A stretch of DNA of 63,964 bases, filler included, from Basidiobolus ranarum (lineage: Eukaryota), in the NCBI GenBank assembly GCA_040143965.1. It is 3 parts of 3 records of this genome, joined end to end, with 100 filler letters (N's around TTAATTAATTAA, not from the genome) between each part and the next. Parts side by side here need not be neighbours in the genome. Positions count along the whole stretch, not along the records: positions 1 to 23,749 come from JASJQH010000162.1; 2 more parts are not named here. One strand, given 5' to 3'. The position numbers and the translations under genes were made by a program. This document shows positions 1 to 12,606 of this stretch, in pieces (the first letter of the stretch is position 1; every line of letters starts with the position of its first letter). The notes beneath the pieces are model-generated. The model saw only the letters and a program-made list of their open reading frames with translations. It made no database searches and was not told the origin of the DNA.

Positions 1-1287
1 TTCTGGTAATGGATGGCAATTTTGGTTTATTATAAGCTGTTTCTAAGCAATTTCATTACACCAAGTTTACCATCTGAAAATTTCAATGCCATTCAAAAAG
101 CATTCAAAATCTAAGTCAAAATTGGCTTCCAAGCCAAAGCCTGCTGGCACAAAAGGAAAAAAACCAGCAAGAACAGAGGACTTAATTGATGAGCAGTCTA
201 GCAATCCACTATCCACTTTGGAAGGCATTAACATGCTGGAAACTAACTCAAGTAATGATGAAGCATTAATCAATTTACCAGATGTGTTCCTTTCCAGCAA
301 TAGTGCAAGTGAAGAGATTGTAATCCCCCAATTATATAGCAAATCAATAATTGAGCAAAGTTCAACCAAATACCATCAAGACCATCAACTTCTAAAATAC
401 CTACTTTGCCAACTATTGAGCATCCTTCCATAGAAAATTTTGACTTAATCAGTTCTACTAGTGAATCTTGGATATGAAGAACTCTATAAAAATATTCCAG
501 TGAATATATCAAAGACATTAGAGATTCTGAAGATAACAAATTAGCATGCAAGTGGTAAATGTGTATAATTTGAGTTATATTTTTCACAAATGTGTTGATC
601 CATAGTTTTGTGAGATTGCAGCCAATCATGCAAATTTCTGTTAGGGTTAGTGAATACAAATGTAAGTTGAATAAAGATACCAAAAGTTAAGTATCTTGGT
701 ATGTGATGCACAACAATGCTTGCTTGAAGCATTTAATACTGGCAATTTACAATTCAGTATTCAATTCCAAATGAATTAATAAGTATGTAGTTGCAAGATC
801 ACCAGCCTTCTACATAATGTGTCTCATTTGTTTTACACCAGAATACCACTTGTTTCCAATCTGCTCATGATTAATTAACAATTACTTCTTACACACACCT
901 ATAGCAAAAAAACAATTTTGCCCATGATAAATGCATAGGCTATCTGAAGCAAAGTATGATAATCTGATATCTCCTCTACATTTTCAACAAATTTTTCAGA
1001 GAAAAAGGGAAATTGCCTGATAAGTATTTCCTTATAGAGTTTGTTGGTTTTATGAACAAATTAATAAATGAAAAAGTTGCAACAAAGTGAATGTTGACTG
1101 ACAGTTGGTAGGCTACACCACAATAAATGATTAGAGGTGCATTTTTTTATTCATTTCTTCCAAAAAGTGTTTCTGATAGCAGTATTTGCACATGAGATCA
1201 AGGTTACATGCACATCTACTTGATATCCAAGGAGCAGGTTCTAAGCCTAGTTGTTGACAGGCTCTACAGACTACTCTATTTGTTCTG
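1..1287 (+). mobile_element. Degenerate transposon remnant, possibly KDZ (Kyakuja-Dileera-Zisupton)-type
   Basis: No CpG dinucleotide in 1-1287 and many stops. Frame 3 begins LVMDGNFGLL, resembling the DGNF catalytic motif of KDZ transposases. The family call is tentative. Confidence 0.45.
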
Positions 1288-2514
1288 CGTATTGAGTAAG
1301 AACTACGTAGAGCTTTGACTTTTTGTGCAGAGTGGTTTGGCTTCAGTACCCTCACATTGACACACAAAATCCTTTACTTTTAAAAGTAAAGAGTGAGCCA
1401 GCCTACATTTGAAATCGGAATAGCTACGTACCTTGATCTTATTGAACTAAAAGCATTGGCTTCTGCAATACCAAACACAAACAACAATAAGTACCCATGA
1501 CAGCATGAAAGATAAAAAACTGTTTGGTATCATTCTGAAAGGTTTGCTGAATCCCACACATTAGCATTTAGCCACAAGAAATGCCACAGTTCATGATTCA
1601 TTGAGTGTAACAAAGCCTATAGGGCTGGTTCGAAAAGTACCTGTTAACTATTACGATGCTTCTTCGTTTATTGACACCTTCATCAGTATTAGATCATCCA
1701 TGATTAGAAGACATCAGCACAAAGGAGGTGACAAGAAGCGTGTTGAAAGGAAGTGGAACTCTACTTTAGGTTAAATATCAAATGTGGTTTCTGCTGTCAG
1801 GATGGGATTTTTTGTATGACTAAATATACGTTCAAGAAAAGCAGAGATATGGGTGCGCTGTATGACTAATGATCGAAGTCCAATGATGGTTCCGATGGTT
1901 GACTCTAGTTCAGGAGTTGTCATGTTTAGCAAGTTCACCATAATCGGCATGTCTGAATAAATCAGATGACTAGAGTTCGCAAGTTTGAGCTGCAGTCGCC
2001 ATGATCGCAAGTTTGGCCAGATTTTTCGCCAACTGGCATCATTACCCCTGTTATGTTGGGTAAGACCCATTATAAGAAATGGTCTGTCTAAGCCAGAGTA
2101 TAAGATAAACATCATTTTCCGATTAAATATAGCGGCAAGCATCACAACGCAGTCAACTAGAAATATTGTATCGTCCATTTCCAATTACAATTGGATAGAA
2201 ATTCAATAGCTTGTTTTGGTTCATTGAATATATAATTTCCAATGCCCTGACAGTTCTCAATACACATTACTGCTCTTTACCAATTAGCCTTATTTGTACT
2301 TCATCTCACGTTTATAATGATCAGTGTAACTTATAAACAACAATATTGTTGCTTTCATCCGTAATTCATCATGCTACTTCTTAAGTTCAGAGCAAAAGAC
2401 AAATATTATTTTTTGACTGTTAGAAATAAGTAGTGATAATTATCACTCACGCCATAGGAAACATATTGCTTAGATCAAATTTAGAAAGCCTGCTTTTGTT
2501 GACTGAATTTATAA

Positions 2515-5000
2515 TTCGTGTTACCTTAGTGATTGATCCTATCACATACTTGAATATTTAGATCTTTCAAACACTATTCTACATGTTGGATAGCGTCACA
2601 TACACTATGCACATAACGCGATAAACACTGAGCAATGTTCGTTACGGTAAGCGATGATTGTCGATTCGACATATGAATCCTATTATCATATCAACAATAA
2701 TCAAGCCAAAAGAGGTCACACGTCAATATTTGTCGATTAAAGCAGTACTTCTAGATGTATCACTCTCTCAATGGTCAAACTCTATTCCTTAAACTAGGAT
2801 CTCATCTACACATTGGAGTGCCGAAAAGATATATAAGTGTGACTAATTTCCCAGCGGTATATCAAGTTAGTAGTTCCCAATACACCTTCCCAATTGAACT
2901 GAATCATGAAGCTTTTCGCAAGTGCTCTAGTATTATTGCCAGCTGTGCTTGCAATGACCGAAGAGCCAACCTTCTTGGATACCTCATCAATTGTTGTCAA
3001 GCACGCGAATTCCGTCTGCGACGGTGTTGTCGCGAGACTCGAGGTCTTCGGTATCCATGCAGATACTAAGGCCTGCTTTGATACTGATCTCACCAAATTA
3101 ACTGTACATACAAAAACTCCGTCTGTGATGACATGCCCTGAGGCTGTCGCCACAGCCAATATTCTTGGAATCAAGGCCGACGCAAAAGCGTGCATTGCTA
3201 TTAAGAGTCGTCACCAGGCTCATTTGAAGAGAGGTGGTGACTATGCAGGCATAAAGACCTACGGACCTCCTGGTGGTGGTAATCCCCCTGGTGGCTATAG
3301 ACCTCCTGGTGGTGGTAGTCCCCCTGGTGGCTATAGACCTCCTGGCGGTGGTGGTCCTCCAGGTCACAACAGACCTCCAGGTGGTGGTAGGCCTCCCGGT
3401 TACAATAAACCTCCTGGTGGTGATAACCCTCCCGATGGCGACAATCCTCCCGATGGTGAAAATCCTCCCGATGGTGACAATCCTCCTGGTGGCGACCAAT
3501 CACCAGGTTACCCATCAACTGGCTATAACGGACGCAATCATTATGGGTCAAATGGTGGATAAGGTAGCAGTCACGGTCGTAGAAGTATCGAAAGACTTAG
3601 TATTGTGATCAATATCTGACCATTCCCCACACACTTATGGCACTTTCCTTACTAGTTTACGTAATTCTCTCTAGTCCATCTGTCTTTCAGTTTAAGCTTA
3701 CAACGAATAAAGAAATTTTCAACGAAGCACTTTGATGTGCTTTACAACTGACGCGAACCGATTTTTTGCTTTTCACTCCGTTCTTATCTAACTTTCTTGT
3801 ATGCGTTTCCCTGAAACTTATTGATCTGTATAAGCTTGTAAGAACCTGGTGAGTATGGTATATATTGCATTATGGTGCCAAGTAACTAAATAGTTGACTA
3901 TTTTACAGAAGGGATACGTAGTTATGCTGCCGAATAGTGGCACATTAATATATCGAAACAATACATTAGGACATTAAGAAACATGATTTAATGTCTCATT
4001 CTTTTAGTTTGAATGTAGGCCAATAATCGTTAATTTTATCCTTACCGATTTGCGCTTTAATAGATACCCATTTCTTCTAGACCTGCAACCTGACTATAGT
4101 GCCAAAGTCGAATTTAGCATCGAAAAAGGTGGAGGCGTATTATGTTTTGATGAAGATAAACACTTACACGGAATAGGTTCTACTACAGAATATGGGGAAT
4201 CCCAAATTGAACAGCAAGTATAGCACTACAGCCAACGAGAAAAACTTTGAAATTACTGGGCTATCTATTCTATTATAATTAGTTAAAAATTGTTGACGGA
4301 ACTTATAGTTTGTGTTACTCTAGTGATTGTCACAAATCCTATCACATACTTATATGTTTGGATCTCTCGAGCAATATTTTACATGTTGGATGTATATACA
4401 TAACATGCAAAACTCTGAGGATTCGTGTTCTTCTCCGTAAGCAATGGTTGTTGATTCCACATATGCATCCTATCATAAAATTAACAACAACAAAACCAGA
4501 TGAACGGGAAGAGGTTACACTATAGCATTAGAGAACGGAACTAGTACTTACAAGCATACCACTATCTCAATGCTCAAACTTTACTCGTTAAACTGAAATC
4601 CCATCTACACACTGAAGTGCCGAAAAGATATATAAATGAGACTAATTTCCCAATAGTATATCAAGTTAGCAGTTCCCAATACACCTTCCCAATTGAACTG
4701 AATCATGAAGCTTTTCGCAAGTGCCCTAGTATTATTGCCAGCTGTGCTTGTAATGGCCGAAGAGCCAACCTTCTTGGATACCTCATTAATTGTTGCCAAG
4801 CACGCAAATTCCGTCTGCGACGGTGTTGTTGCGAGACTCGCAGTCTTTGGTATCTATGCAGAAACTAAGGCCTGCCTTGATACTGGTCTCACCAAGCTAT
4901 CTGCAAATGTAAAAAATCCCTCCGCAATGACTTGCATCGATGCCATCGCCATAGCTAAGACTATGGGAATCAAGGCCAATGCAAACGCATGCATCGCTAC
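2515..5000 (+). repeat. Tandem segmental duplication: promoter plus 5' CDS at ~2515-3200 repeated at ~4315-5000
   Basis: Shared upstream blocks such as atcctatcacatactt, tacatgttggat and gtgccgaaaagatatataa, and a near-identical 5' UTR. Confidence 0.9.
2906..3562 (+). CDS. Secreted protein: signal peptide, 4-Cys domain, KR site, Pro/Gly-rich repeats (paralog A)
   Basis: 218-aa ORF with N-terminus MKLFASALVLLPAVLA and PPGGGxPPGGYR / PPDGDN repeats. TATA-like element at about 2830. Confidence 0.85.
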   Translation: MKLFASALVLLPAVLAMTEEPTFLDTSSIVVKHANSVCDGVVARLEVFGIHADTKACFDTDLTKLTVHTKTPSVMTCPEAVATANILGIKADAKACIAIKSRHQAHLKRGGDYAGIKTYGPPGGGNPPGGYRPPGGGSPPGGYRPPGGGGPPGHNRPPGGGRPPGYNKPPGGDNPPDGDNPPDGENPPDGDNPPGGDQSPGYPSTGYNGRNHYGSNGG

Positions 5001-5757
5001 TGGTAATCGTAGCCAAGCATACGAAAAGAGAGATGATAATTATGTGAACATTATGCACAATAAGCCTCCCGGTTACCCATCAACACCGGAGAAGCCTCCA
5101 GTTTATCCTCCAAAGCCTGAAGAACCTCCTTGTAGGACATGCAAACCTCCAAAGCCCCCAGTTGAACCCCCAACGCCCGAGGAACCATCAGTTAACCCTC
5201 CAACACCCGAAGAACCACCAGTCAATCCACCAAAGCCGGAGAAACCTCCTTGTAAGACATGCAAGCCTCCTAAGCCACCAGTTATCCCTCCCTCACCTGA
5301 AGAACCACCGGTTAGCCCTCCAACGCCCGAAGAACCACCAGTTAACCCTCCAACACCTGAAAAACCTCCTTGTAAGACATGCAAACCTCCCAGGCCACCA
5401 GTGTACCCACCAACCCCCGGAAAACCTTGCAGCCCCAAATCTTGTGAAGCTATCATTGCCAAAATGCATACATTGTGTGGTATCAAGATTGATATGAAAT
5501 TTTGTCTCAATTTGAGAATCAACATCGATTTTCTTCGTCTTGAGAGCCTTAAATGTCGAGTTATCCTTGGTGCTGCACAGATTGCTGGGGTAAATGCTGA
5601 CCTTGGATTGTGTAATCGATTAAATGGTAAAACTCGAGTTGATTATGATGGCCACAATGGTTACGAGCGCAAGAGTAAGTATGGTAATGGTTATAGTCGT
5701 AGAAGTATTGAGGATATTCAGTATGAAGAACAGACCTTGACTTCTAAACTTGGCTGA
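4705..5757 (+). CDS. Secreted protein: signal peptide, 4-Cys domain, KR site, Pro-rich PPTPEEPP/PCKTCKPP repeats, second Cys domain (paralog B)
   Basis: 350-aa ORF whose first ~105 aa are clearly homologous to 2906..3562. Confidence 0.88.
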   Translation: MKLFASALVLLPAVLVMAEEPTFLDTSLIVAKHANSVCDGVVARLAVFGIYAETKACLDTGLTKLSANVKNPSAMTCIDAIAIAKTMGIKANANACIATGNRSQAYEKRDDNYVNIMHNKPPGYPSTPEKPPVYPPKPEEPPCRTCKPPKPPVEPPTPEEPSVNPPTPEEPPVNPPKPEKPPCKTCKPPKPPVIPPSPEEPPVSPPTPEEPPVNPPTPEKPPCKTCKPPRPPVYPPTPGKPCSPKSCEAIIAKMHTLCGIKIDMKFCLNLRINIDFLRLESLKCRVILGAAQIAGVNADLGLCNRLNGKTRVDYDGHNGYERKSKYGNGYSRRSIEDIQYEEQTLTSKLG

Positions 5758-6249
5758 TATATCTATGATACCTTTGATATCTTGCATTTTATATGTAGAT
5801 ATGCTAAGGCAGTCCGTCATATAGTTTGACAACCAATAAATCGCTTTTTACATACTACTTACTTGAATTAAGGTGAACTAATTTGTCTTTGATTCTATCT
5901 TTATGCTGCACGATTCGTAGTATACATTTATCTGTAAGGTGGTATACCGATTCTAACGAGAAGCTACTGATACTAGCAATATTTCTAGTTCCAAAGAATG
6001 CGATATTGATGAAAAATAAGAAAGTAGTAGCGAATCAAATATCTGCATAAATGATAATTACCAAATACAAGCCAGTTTAGCAATTGGCTAAGAATTGGGC
6101 ATCTGTACTTTGCCTGTAGATGACCAGCAGTATTGTGAACATGTATTATGCTTAATGCCAGTATGAACATCTTTTTACATGCTAGTTAGCGATGTTGGCA
6201 TCCACATTCCAAGTTCTTTAAAATTTAAAAATAATATCTGAAATCCAAT

Positions 6250-6620
6250 GATGTTATGTCCTAATTTATAGTTGCTTGGCCTCATAAAGGTAGGTATCTT
6301 GCCTACTGACTCTATTGGTTCTACTTCACCTCACCTCTTTGGTGAAAGTCCTGAACATCAAGTTACAATGGTGTTACCACAATCCTATGACCCCAACTTG
6401 CCACAAGAAATACTGGCACTTAGGAGGTGGCAAGTTTAGAAGATTTTGAGGAACCCTATCTTGTGTTGATGTTTACAACATAGGGATGAGGATATCAAAT
6501 GTGATATAAACAATGTGTTTCAATAATAAAAGCTCCATATCATCAGCCACTCTCCCATAACTATCCCATGGTGAGTATGCACAAAATTTTCAGAGGTTAT
6601 AGAGTAATGTTATGTAAATG
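6250..6620 (-). mobile_element. Possible degenerate non-LTR retrotransposon C-terminal fragment
   Basis: CpG-poor. The minus strand reads CQYFLWQVGVIGLW*HHCNLMF, similar to the W..RN..IF motif downstream of LINE zinc knuckles. Confidence 0.3.
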
Positions 6621-6741
6621 GAAAATTTGGTTATTATTTTTCTTATGAATAAAGCAACAATAACATTATTTGTGAGAAATGTGTGTTAATCAAGTAAAAG
6701 ATGTCAAAGCCAACTATAAGATAAAGAGTTATGGTATATCT

Positions 6742-7068
6742 TGTTGAAATTAGCATTTTCTAAGCATCTATACCGTCATATATAGTTTAGTACTTAGTTA
6801 TCTTATATTTCACTCAGATATTACCCATTATTCTCATAAGAAATTTACTTAGAAGTTCTCATATAGATAGATTTTCAAACTTGTGCCAGAAGCCCCAAAC
6901 TCTGCTCACATATTCCTGAAACATTCCTTAGCATATTCCACACGTTAGTTTGCTTACACCTTGACAAAAGTTTAAATATCAACTTTCTACTCAATAAATC
7001 AATTAGCGAAAGCCACCATTTCTCCAATTCTCCAAACCACTTCCAACAGGCTCTCAAATATTTTAACA
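6742..7068 (-). repeat. Dispersed repeat, copy 1 (inverted relative to 57100-57428)
   Basis: The reverse complement aligns by eye with 57100-57428, e.g. gagcctgttggaagtggtttggagaatt, ttgatttattgagtagaaagttga, tttggggcttct, gagaacttctaagtaaatt. Confidence 0.9.
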
Positions 7069-7212
7069 TATATCAGGGAAGAAAATTTTCAAACCAAAGG
7101 ATTCTATTTAGAATAATTGTATGATGAAAAAGGCTGACAAAAAGGAAGCTCTAATGGCAGGATATTCCAAAGGTAAGAGGCTGAAAGCTTGGACACTACA
7201 TATATGTCTAAG

Positions 7213-7231
7213 TATATATATATATATATAT
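7213..7231. repeat. (TA)n microsatellite
   Basis: tatatatatatatatatat. Confidence 0.9.
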
Positions 7232-8720
7232 CGCTTTTGAGTTATTGGAAATTTCACCGATTTATATGAACTAACTTGCGTGTGATATAGGAGAGAGCAG
7301 TATAAATGTAAGCATCAAAAATGTGGGATCCATTACTAGGCTCAGCAACTGACTTTTCACCAAGCTATAATATATGTGAGTGTCACATAATGCTTAAATG
7401 GATTACAGTTAGCTTGAACTAATAACGGAAACTTCCATTCTTAACTGACTGATTTAGTTGGCAGCAAACAAATAAATTATTTCATAACGGAAGGAATTAG
7501 GAGATTGGATGTGTTGGCAGTTGGGGTGGAAGTTGATTAAATAGATATAGTAAAAGGAGGAAAATGGACCATAGTGGAACTGCTGTAATATTCTAAAAGA
7601 TAGATCTGAAGTTAACATGACGGTAAGATGTGTTCAAGATGAGCAGCAGCCAGTGGTAAGATGCATCAATGAAATCGACAATTCCTAGTGATTTCAGCAT
7701 TACATATATCTGGTTTCTCACTGACACGCTGATATATCCCTCTTTGGGGAAAAAATCAACATGTCAATGATTGGCTGTATATACTAACAAATGGAGCAGC
7801 TAGACTAGGTTTCTATTTCCAATACGTTCTCCAATACATTCGTGAAACAACGAATATTACTGCTTGGATTATGTGTATCTCATTGGTAAGGTGGTGTAGT
7901 GAAGATAATCGTACATAATACATCCAAGAACCGGGGTATAAAGCTTACGATAAGCCTGCTTGCATCGATGATCAACATGGAGAGTACTGCTATCATCTGC
8001 ATCGGAGGTGTCTAGACCCAAAAGCAAAAGAAAAACCAAAACCCAAAATTAGCCATGACACTAAAATGGATTATTTATATTGGATGTTATCTTATCTACT
8101 ACTTATAACCCTAATCTTCCCCCTACACATGGCTCACACAACTCGGAATCCCCCGATTTTTACTACGATTCAAGGATTTACATTTCGAAGCTTAAGTTTA
8201 TGAAAACTGCAATTCCAACTCCAGTGGATGCATCTTGATATGTCATCAAGCAAAAGTAGGAATGTCTAGTAGCTCCCTGTTTCATTCAAGAAGGTTCGAA
8301 ACAGACAGATCATACTTATTTGGAATATCAATCCAGAAAATATTGCCATCAATTTGGAAGCCCTCCGAAGAAATTGTTACTGAATGCTAAGTGCGTGTAA
8401 AGACCATCCGATATCGAGAGTAAGAAAGTGGTCAGATTTCATACTAGTCGCTAAATCTGGTGTGTCCAATCTCATGAAAGATCTTTGAATTTCATTCGGA
8501 AATGACTTCGTCGAGAGCACAGTAATTTTCAATCATATACGAAACCAACTTCCTCGTAATTTAGGATATACTGCTACCAAACAACTCTAACAATACCTGT
8601 ACATAGCGTTTATTTCGTAGAATATACTCGCCACCTTTGTATTACGCTCAGTAGCATCTGCTCTACTTTCTGTTGCACAATAAATCTACTATGAATTTCT
8701 CCTAGGAGCACTTCGGTCTT

Positions 8721-9712
8721 CTAACATTTAACTTGGACCAGCGTGTGTTCCGGAAATGTCATTGCACTGAGTTTCCTCCCTCTAGCACAGCCTGTATCTA
8801 AACCGATAGTGTATTCTTGGATGTTCAGTCCACTGCTGGCTTCGTGGCCATATACCACAGTTTTGGGATGTTGAAGCGTAACTTGCTGTGCATTCCATAC
8901 ATCCCACCATGGTTTACCTACTTGCTTCTTTTTTGTGGGTTTATGGCTTACAATACTACGCATATTCATGACTTCTTTGGACTTTTGTTGCTCGATACTG
9001 AGAAAAGGGTTGATTCCCGCATGAACGACGTACATAGAAAACCGAGGAATGGACAAAATGATGGAACATCCCTCTAAATATTGAAAGAGATCCTCTGGAA
9101 GTGTACTTTAAATGAGGAATGTTTAGAGAGCTAAACTTTAGCAGAGAACGAATTTAGTACTCACGAGGCCAGCTTATAATGTTCGGTCTTCCAATCTAGC
9201 CCAGGTGGTAGTTTGATTTTTTGGATGTCTTGTTCACCATATTTGGCCAATAGTTTTCTCCATTGAATGACTTTGTTGTCATGATTACCACGAATACACA
9301 GCGCGCCGACCTCTTTTGCTCTTTTTAAAACTCCTATCGAATCGGGGCCTTTAGTAACCAAATCCCCGGCTAAAACCAGCGTATCATCATCCCTCATATC
9401 CAATACTCTGAGCAATCGATCGAAAGGCTCTAAATTTCCATGAACATCACCAATCACAATGATCCGGGAGTGATTCAGTAACATCTTGGGTTTGATAGCA
9501 GGCATCCCTGGATTGGGAAGAAGCATATAGATTACAAATGCACAAGTAAGTAGCATACTCACAGTCAATAGAACCACCTTCCAAATACCCACTTTAACGT
9601 TGGCAACATTTCGAAAGAATTTATCATTTGCATCATCTACTCCGAGATTTTCTATAGCAACATATGATGAACGGGTCATTCGTGGATTTATCAAGGAATC
9701 TCCTTCATTCAT
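8721..9712 (-). CDS. Membrane-anchored calcineurin-like metallophosphatase (ApaH/Ppn2 endopolyphosphatase-like), 2 exons
   Basis: Motifs IGDVHG, GDLVTKG, RGNHD, VHAG, YGH and LDTGC, plus an N-terminal TM helix. GT-AG intron at about 9107-9164. Confidence 0.85.
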
Positions 9713-11597
9713 TACGATCCAAGGTTAGAGACAAAAGGGTAGAAAGGGAAATGAGCTTATATTCAGAATGTGGTGGAATTTATATGAAATTTGAAGAAAA
9801 CGTATGCGCTTGTCATCCAAAAAAGCATCAAGAGCTTAATAGAGTAAATCTCAATCCTCCGGTGGGTATGTTTTTCGAATGCCCCCATTCCTTCTAGAGA
9901 ATTGATTTCCCATTGTTGAACAAGTGAACATAAAAGAGACCACTTAGGGCACATGATCATTATTTATATCAATTTTCAAAAAGGAAAGAACCGTTTTATA
10001 CGGCTTTTAAGCTCATCCATCACTCTCAGAACTTCTCGTGGAAGGGTAAAGCTTTCTCCGTTCAAGAGTTTGGATGAATTCTGTGCCATTATGACGATTT
10101 GAACAATTGGAACTCTTGCTCTCAGATATTCAACGTTTCGTAACTACATTTCAATGGCTGATTTCAATAGTAATTGTCAAAGATGCTACTTGTTTCGAAC
10201 ACATATGATTCCGCACTGTTTGGGTGAAATTTAACTTGTGACTCTCTTATTAAGTGAGGTAGTTCGTGTTGTTATCACTCGAGATTAGTGAGAAGACTCT
10301 CCGATGACGATTCAGCTAAAGTTGGGTGAGGTGGTTCATGAATCAAGCCTTAGAGAGGGTTTATTAGAGAACTTACTGGATATAACAGATGCTTGAAATC
10401 CTCCCAATAACTAAATAGAAGTTGAAAGGAATTTTGTTGAAGTTTCAATCGATGATAAGAGACGATTGACCAAGAATCTCGATAGAAGTTGATGAAGAGG
10501 ACCTAGAGCTTTACATTCACATTGCATCTTGTAGAGAATTTGTGGATATCTCACTCAAGGATAGGGGGAGGACTCCTAAGATTGACTCCAGATCGAAGAG
10601 GAGGAAAACTCCTTTGAACCTTGCTTGCTATTCAAGAGAATAATTGCGAAAAGGCCCTATCATTGCTTTTCCATTCGAATCCTGTGATGTGAATCTCTTT
10701 AAGGGTCAGCTTCGTTTGGACCTTGTCAAAGGAATTCTATGGAAGGTACCAACTCGGCTATCGTCCCGCTAAAATGAAGTTGAATGTGATTCATTCATTG
10801 TCAAGGGGAATCTATAGAGATGATCGATTTACTTTGACTTGCTCTCAATATATGTGCTCTGGTCCGCTTGAGTTAATATCCAATCAATTTTGTGACTATT
10901 TTGGCTGTATGCACTGCCATCGCCACACGCTTCCTCCCTCCATTTGAACCTCACCCCACAACCTAGAGAACCTTCTGCGCCATAGCGAAATAAGCATGTT
11001 GGCGGTCCAGACTGCGAGCTGCAATAGCATCAATGGCTTGAGGAGGAATATGGCAGTTATGAAAATCTCTAAACTATGTATAACCTATAGCTTTCCTTCA
11101 AAGTGTTGACTTAGGTACGAAAGCCAAGCTCCTGAAGTACAGCAAGAGAATGCATTAAGATATACATAATCACTAACCTCACATACATTTCCTGGGGTGG
11201 AAAGGCTTGAGCTCCGGTGATTATACCAGTTATTTCAGTACTAGTGCTGGTATAAATGGGTTTCAAAACTGGAAGAATATATGAATCCATATGTACATTA
11301 ATCTTGTAAGGTTCAGGTTTTCCTGCACATTTAGATAATTTCTACCAAGTGGGATAAATTCACTCGGTAAGATAGGAAATACTTTCTTCTGCAGGAAGTG
11401 GAACCGTTGTGTGAATACGACATACTGAATTGGTTATATATTCGACGTGGTGAGCAGTTCTGATAACATAATAGAAAGGATCATTGATAGTTGTTTCAAT
11501 GAGATGAGACATGCAGAACCACCACGTTACCTAGCCAAAGTAGTGTTGGCTGGCTATCTAGGGTTTGACGATATCTAGATACTATCGGCATTTACAT

Positions 11598-11656
11598 GGT
11601 GTTTGTATTTGCTATATGCTGTTGGTGTTTGTATTTGCTATATGTTGTTGGTGTTT
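11598..11656. repeat. 26-bp tandem repeat (about 2.3 copies)
   Basis: ggtgtttgtatttgctatatg(c/t)tgtt twice, then ggtgttt. Confidence 0.85.
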
Positions 11657-12606
11657 ACTATATTTATTGTGAGAGGCAATGTGATAATATCTAAAATGGC
11701 CATCTTGAATAGCATCCAGGATGAATCATAGAATTCGCAACAAGACATTAAGAAACCAGCTCGTGAACTGAGGAACTAGTTTCAAATGAGAGAAGCGCGC
11801 TATACTGTACAATAATAATGACCATAAGCAACTTGACTATTACCATACTTGGCTATATATTCAATAGCGTATTCAATAGCGTATTCAACAAATAATGCAA
11901 GAATCCAATCAGTATTATTAGATCACATTGATAGGGAGTGATTATTTCGCTTTATAATAGTTCTATTATCTATTTCACTCTATAATACTATCTGCGCATC
12001 ATTATTGAGTGGCAATGAAACGTACAGCATTGATCATGGCGAGAGAAGAAAATACCCAGTCACGAAATCCACCTAATGTCGCGATGGCCAAGTCAGGCCT
12101 AAATCAATGATCGATTGGAATCTGAAATTAGGATCCAGGTAAGAAGGCAAGAGTTTGTTATAAGCAACGTATAGTAAGTGTGGGAATATCTATACAAGGA
12201 TACATAGTACAGACATATATAGTACATACAAGGATAGTGAGGTGATCATACCAAATTTGGAACCAGTAGCAGGTCGGTTTTAACCGACAAAATAAGCTAG
12301 GGTTGGTAAGGAACAGTTTAAGAAATAATCTCCTTTTCTAGGAACTAGCGCATTTAACCTACTTTTGCATCATTTCCTGTGCTCAAGGAAATCCCCTTAT
12401 TAGGTCTCTCTATTAGAATAAATTGTCCTTCTTTCCTACTTGCGGTGCAGCCTATTCTCTCTTTCTATCGTTTCTATAACTTCTTTAGTCATTGCAGACA
12501 GAACCAACATCCGCTACTATAACAGTTTTATTTTGAATCCACAGCTGGGCTTGATTGTTGGCCTTCCAATATATTGTACTTTTACCTGTATCTATATTTC
12601 TAAGCG

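Noticed and set aside
1771-2184. 137-aa minus-strand ORF
   Set aside because: Non-ATG start, no recognisable motif, adjacent to TE debris.
3260-5420. CRISPR-like periodic repeats
   Set aside because: In-frame coding repeats in a eukaryotic gene; no unique spacers and no cas genes.
3098-5525. Antisense and alternate-frame ORFs over the Pro-rich genes (3098-3499, 3201-3551, 3273-3608, 5103-5525)
   Set aside because: Shadows of repetitive codons lacking stops.
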